IMG/VR virus record: IMGVR_UViG_3300020045_005423
Span: 1-27,785 of that record
Reading direction: 5' to 3' (one strand)
DNA from: a virus
Lineage: Duplodnaviria; Caudoviricetes
DNA length: 27,785 bases
Below, one piece after another: positions 24,916-27,785 of this stretch (position 1 is the first letter of the stretch; each line of letters begins with the position of its first letter). Both the position numbers and the translations under genes were made by a program. The notes beneath the pieces are model-generated. The model made no database searches and was not told the DNA's origin. It saw only the letters and a list, made by a program, of their open reading frames with translations.

Positions 24916-25104
24916 TTAATCTCCCATCTTAACTTCTGTTTTACTCTGTAATTTCTTTACTAACTTGTTCAGCTTGTTGATCTCTTTAGCAGCTTTATGA
25001 AGCAACTCTTCAATATAGTTAATATTATTAGAACCATAATTAACTTGATACTCGATAAGTTCTACAAGAGTTTTCTTTTTAACCTTGTTAATTTTAGCCA
25101 TCAA
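24916..25104 (-). CDS. Hypothetical protein
   Basis: 62 aa, coupled. Confidence 0.55.
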   Translation of the reverse strand: MMAKINKVKKKTLVELIEYQVNYGSNNINYIEELLHKAAKEINKLNKLVKKLQSKTEVKMGD

Positions 25105-25286
25105 TAAACCTCGTGATTTAACACATTAATTTCCTTCACCCAATAAACAACACCATCAAGAGCTAACTCATTCATCTTAGTGGCATCATTGATTGCATGT
25201 TGGTTATACAAGTAAGTGTTAACTGTTGTATAAGTGCTTAAAAACTTAGGATGATTTTGTTCTTCTACTACGGAGTAAACTTTCAT
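25101..25286 (-). CDS. Hypothetical protein
   Basis: MKVYSVVEE...YWVKEINV; SD AAGGA. Confidence 0.6.
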   Translation of the reverse strand: MKVYSVVEEQNHPKFLSTYTTVNTYLYNQHAINDATKMNELALDGVVYWVKEINVLNHEVY

Positions 25287-25374
25287 TTAATAATTTCCTT
25301 TCCAATCTCAGCTCGCCGTCCTAACAATAGCTCTACGTGTAGCAGTAAATAGGTCTTGAATATTAATGCCCACA

Positions 25375-25593
25375 TTATGCTTGTGCCCTATTAAAAACTA
25401 TTGAACGAATAAAATTTTGTGCTTTGCGAAGTGCATTCTCACGATTTACTAAGGGATGGAATTCTTTGTTCCATACTTGGAAATATAAAGGAATCTTTTC
25501 ACCAATATATTTTCCATTATCGAACACAGCAATATCACCGAGTTCGTTTTTAACAAACTCTTCAAATTCCAGATCACGACTACAAACTTTCAT
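25375..25593 (-). CDS. Hypothetical protein
   Basis: 72 aa, ATGA coupling. Confidence 0.6.
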   Translation of the reverse strand: MKVCSRDLEFEEFVKNELGDIAVFDNGKYIGEKIPLYFQVWNKEFHPLVNRENALRKAQNFIRSIVFNRAQA

Positions 25594-26384
25594 TTAATAC
25601 CTGCTTTCTTCAGTGCTTCGACTGCTGCATCACCATCATCCCATGATTTCAATTGCTTGCGTATTAATATAAGCCCAGACAGTGCCAACTTCCCAGCAGC
25701 TTCAAGTTTAATCTGTTTATTACATACATCATTTAAAGTCAAGTAGTCATCTTGCCATTTAGCTTTAACACGTGCTAACTCAGTTTCAAGATCTTTAATC
25801 TTGGCTTGTAGTTCACACTGATTATGTAAGTTTTCTTTCTCAGTCTTGGCAACCAGTTCCAAATAGTTACTTGCTAATTTAGCATTTGTAGCATTTACGT
25901 CAGCGTCAGCATGAGTATTACACTCACCACAAGCACCTACAACATGACCGTAAATCTGGCAAGTGACTGCAGAAGACGGCATGGCGGCGGTATAGCTCAA
26001 CAGCTCACGAGCCGCTGTGTACCACTCTTTCGGTATAGGATTTCCTTCGTGGTTGCGGCCTATCGCTGCTAAGGCGAAGCCACTTGTATGCTCCACTGGC
26101 TCACTGATTGACGGTGGAGCAGGGCGGGCGAAGAGAAGACCAGATAAAGGAAGAAGTCCGTTTTTCCACTTAATACTACGCATTGTCCCTGCGCCTTGCA
26201 CCACTTCTCCAACAGGCTCCACACTCTGCGCTTCTTCGCGCTTGATGGCTTCGCGCAGCACTGTTGCAGCATTAATTTCGTTGCATACACAAACACCAAC
26301 ATCGTGCTCGCACGGCCCGGCTTCTTTAATGCAGTAATTTAGCATTTTAAGCGCCTGCTTCATTGCTTCGATTGTTGATTTCAT
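25590..26384 (-). CDS. Mosaic accessory protein
   Basis: EAMKQAL, repeated EPV, Cys clusters, coiled coil; 5' half is GC-richer than its neighbours. Confidence 0.65.
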   Translation of the reverse strand: MKSTIEAMKQALKMLNYCIKEAGPCEHDVGVCVCNEINAATVLREAIKREEAQSVEPVGEVVQGAGTMRSIKWKNGLLPLSGLLFARPAPPSISEPVEHTSGFALAAIGRNHEGNPIPKEWYTAARELLSYTAAMPSSAVTCQIYGHVVGACGECNTHADADVNATNAKLASNYLELVAKTEKENLHNQCELQAKIKDLETELARVKAKWQDDYLTLNDVCNKQIKLEAAGKLALSGLILIRKQLKSWDDGDAAVEALKKAGIK

Positions 26385-26385
26385 T

Positions 26386-26598
26386 TCAATTCCTTATTGC
26401 TGTTATGCATTGCAGTTGGTCATCACTATTCCATCCGCATTGAAGATTGCGGCAAGCTTTCACTGATTCTTCAAACGTTTGTTTGCGAGATGCATTCCAA
26501 GTTCTTAATCTCTTTTGCCACTGAATATCATCAGGGTTGTACCAACCAAACTCCTCGTTATGCCAAGCCTCAAAAGCGGCTGTTGATTCGTTATCCAT
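26386..26598 (-). CDS. Hypothetical protein (start MDNEST)
   Basis: AFEAW...WNASRK...ACR; SD AAGGA. Confidence 0.6.
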   Translation of the reverse strand: MDNESTAAFEAWHNEEFGWYNPDDIQWQKRLRTWNASRKQTFEESVKACRNLQCGWNSDDQLQCITAIRN

Positions 26599-26788
26599 TA
26601 TTGTAATCCTTTGTTGTGGTTGAATTCTCAATTGTAAAGCAGCTTTTACAAATTACTCTACGCTTATATCCAATAAACATTTCTCCACAAGCACAGCACC
26701 TATTAGTATACATTCCATTTTCAAGTTTGAAATCTTCAACATAATCTTTAGAAGTTGCTTGTTTTGTTAATAAATCAAAAATAATCAT
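26591..26788 (-). CDS. Small zinc-finger-like protein (start MIIFDL)
   Basis: ENGMYTNRCCACG...RRVICKSC; SD AAGGGG. Confidence 0.65.
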   Translation of the reverse strand: MIIFDLLTKQATSKDYVEDFKLENGMYTNRCCACGEMFIGYKRRVICKSCFTIENSTTTKDYNNG

Positions 26789-26800
26789 ACACCCCTTAAA

Positions 26801-26835
26801 TAAGAAAAGCACCAAACCCAATTAAGAGTTGGTGC
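26801..26835 (-). terminator. Rho-independent terminator
   Basis: GCACCAA...TTGGTGC followed by TTTTCTT. Confidence 0.7.
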
Positions 26836-26882
26836 CTTTGATTATACCTGCATTACATCTGCTTGGTTAATTTTAAGTTAGT

Positions 26883-27131
26883 TTAAGTTAATTCTTTAAT
26901 CAACTCAATAAACGCTTCAGCATCTGCTTGAGCTTCAGCAGTTTTATAACTTGCTGCTTTAGCTGCTACTTTACTTATGCCAGCAAAATCCAATTCTGAG
27001 CCTGCTTCAGACAAGTCTGATTTAAGCGTCTTGATGTCATCCTTTACATCGTTTGCTTGTGTATGCAATTCAACAAGTGCTTTGAATAGTTCTTGTTGTG
27101 TTTGTGGGAGTGTGCTTGTTGTATTAGTCAT
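26883..27131 (-). CDS. Small helical protein, possibly a T4 DsbA/GapR-like dsDNA-binding protein
   Basis: Helical 82 aa pattern (ELH...VKDDIKTLK); family call is tentative. Confidence 0.5.
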   Translation of the reverse strand: MTNTTSTLPQTQQELFKALVELHTQANDVKDDIKTLKSDLSEAGSELDFAGISKVAAKAASYKTAEAQADAEAFIELIKELT

Positions 27132-27258
27132 TTTGTGTTTCCTTTGTTCAGTTATAGTTTACGATGCTCTTTTTCCATGATGGGGTGTTTATAGAACATG
27201 GAGAGTTTCTTAGTCTCTCCACATTTGAAACAAGTTTTAATTGCTTCTGTTTCTAACA

Positions 27259-27785
27259 TCAGAAGGGAGGAGTATCACTTAAGTCATCTTCATCAAACAC
27301 TGGTTTAGCCTTTGGCTTAGTCACAGCTTTAACCACTTTGGTTTCTACTTTAGCAACTGTCTTGGGCTGATCTTCAGTGTCATCATAAGCACCTGCTTCA
27401 AACAACTCCACAGCTTTCTGCATCTGTGAGCCTTCATAGTTAGTTGCTTGTTTAATCAACTCCAGTACAGCTTTACGGATGAACTTAATCTGTTGTGGTT
27501 CAGCATCATCAAATGTAATGCACATAGGCTTACACTGGAGTTCAGCTACAACAATAGGTTCATCATTATCATCAAGTGGTACTTCAGAGCAGCCTTTGTA
27601 GTTGACGTTCTTGTAAATGATTTCTTCACCTTTAGCATTTAGCTTACCGGAGTTCTTTTCATTTACGTCTACAGTAACCATCAAAGGAATATCCAAAAGC
27701 TGTGTAACATCCATTGATGTGATTACTTCTGGCTTTTTAACTGCTTTAGCAACTTTAGTCAAAAGCGAAGCTGGGTGAAATCCCC
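27259..27785 (-). CDS. Putative ssDNA-binding protein, 5' partial
   Basis: Frame is open to the window edge (GFHPASLLTKVAKA); acidic C-terminal tail DEDDLSDTPPF. Confidence 0.55.
   Translation of the reverse strand, partial: GFHPASLLTKVAKAVKKPEVITSMDVTQLLDIPLMVTVDVNEKNSGKLNAKGEEIIYKNVNYKGCSEVPLDDNDEPIVVAELQCKPMCITFDDAEPQQIKFIRKAVLELIKQATNYEGSQMQKAVELFEAGAYDDTEDQPKTVAKVETKVVKAVTKPKAKPVFDEDDLSDTPPF

Noticed and set aside
27132-27258. tRNA or ncRNA in this gap
   Set aside because: Only a simple TGGAGAG...CTCTCCA hairpin, with no cloverleaf or T-arm motif. No tRNA was recognised anywhere in the window by eye.
1-27785. Plus-strand ORFs in the track antisense to minus-strand genes (e.g. 956..1261, 2057..2383, 8429..8719, 16944..17498, 26017..26337)
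   Set aside because: They lie opposite well-supported genes or the DnaA-box region and show no recognisable motifs.
1-27785. Genome-wide TAG reassignment
   Set aside because: Only one convincing internal TAG. Long enzyme genes have none, and TAG ends the HU-like, dCMP deaminase and endonuclease VII genes at plausible lengths.

Overview
Phage DNA, most likely a lytic tailed dsDNA phage (inferred from gene content; no integrase, repressor or structural genes in the window). Almost all genes are on the minus strand. 1-5515 looks like an early or host-takeover region of small hypothetical genes, with a divergent promoter pair near 4890-5090. 5856-27785 is a nucleotide-metabolism and DNA-processing region: two zinc deaminases, SleB-like hydrolase, HU/IHF-like protein, ThyX, a class II-type ribonucleotide reductase, two HNH endonucleases, a MazG-like pyrophosphatase, a metallophosphoesterase, endonuclease VII, a 5'-3' exonuclease and a partial SSB-like gene. 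The most unusual signals are non-coding: (i) an oriC/datA-like cluster of phased DnaA boxes with a perfect IHF site at 1155-1347; (ii) a GC-rich 31-bp element in three copies about 9.3 kb apart (277, 9657, 18858 inverted); (iii) an 11-bp-phased iteron-like array at about 6720-6865 whose motif recurs at two promoters. One gene has an in-frame TAG and one a 1-nt frameshift. Family calls come from motif recognition, not database searches.
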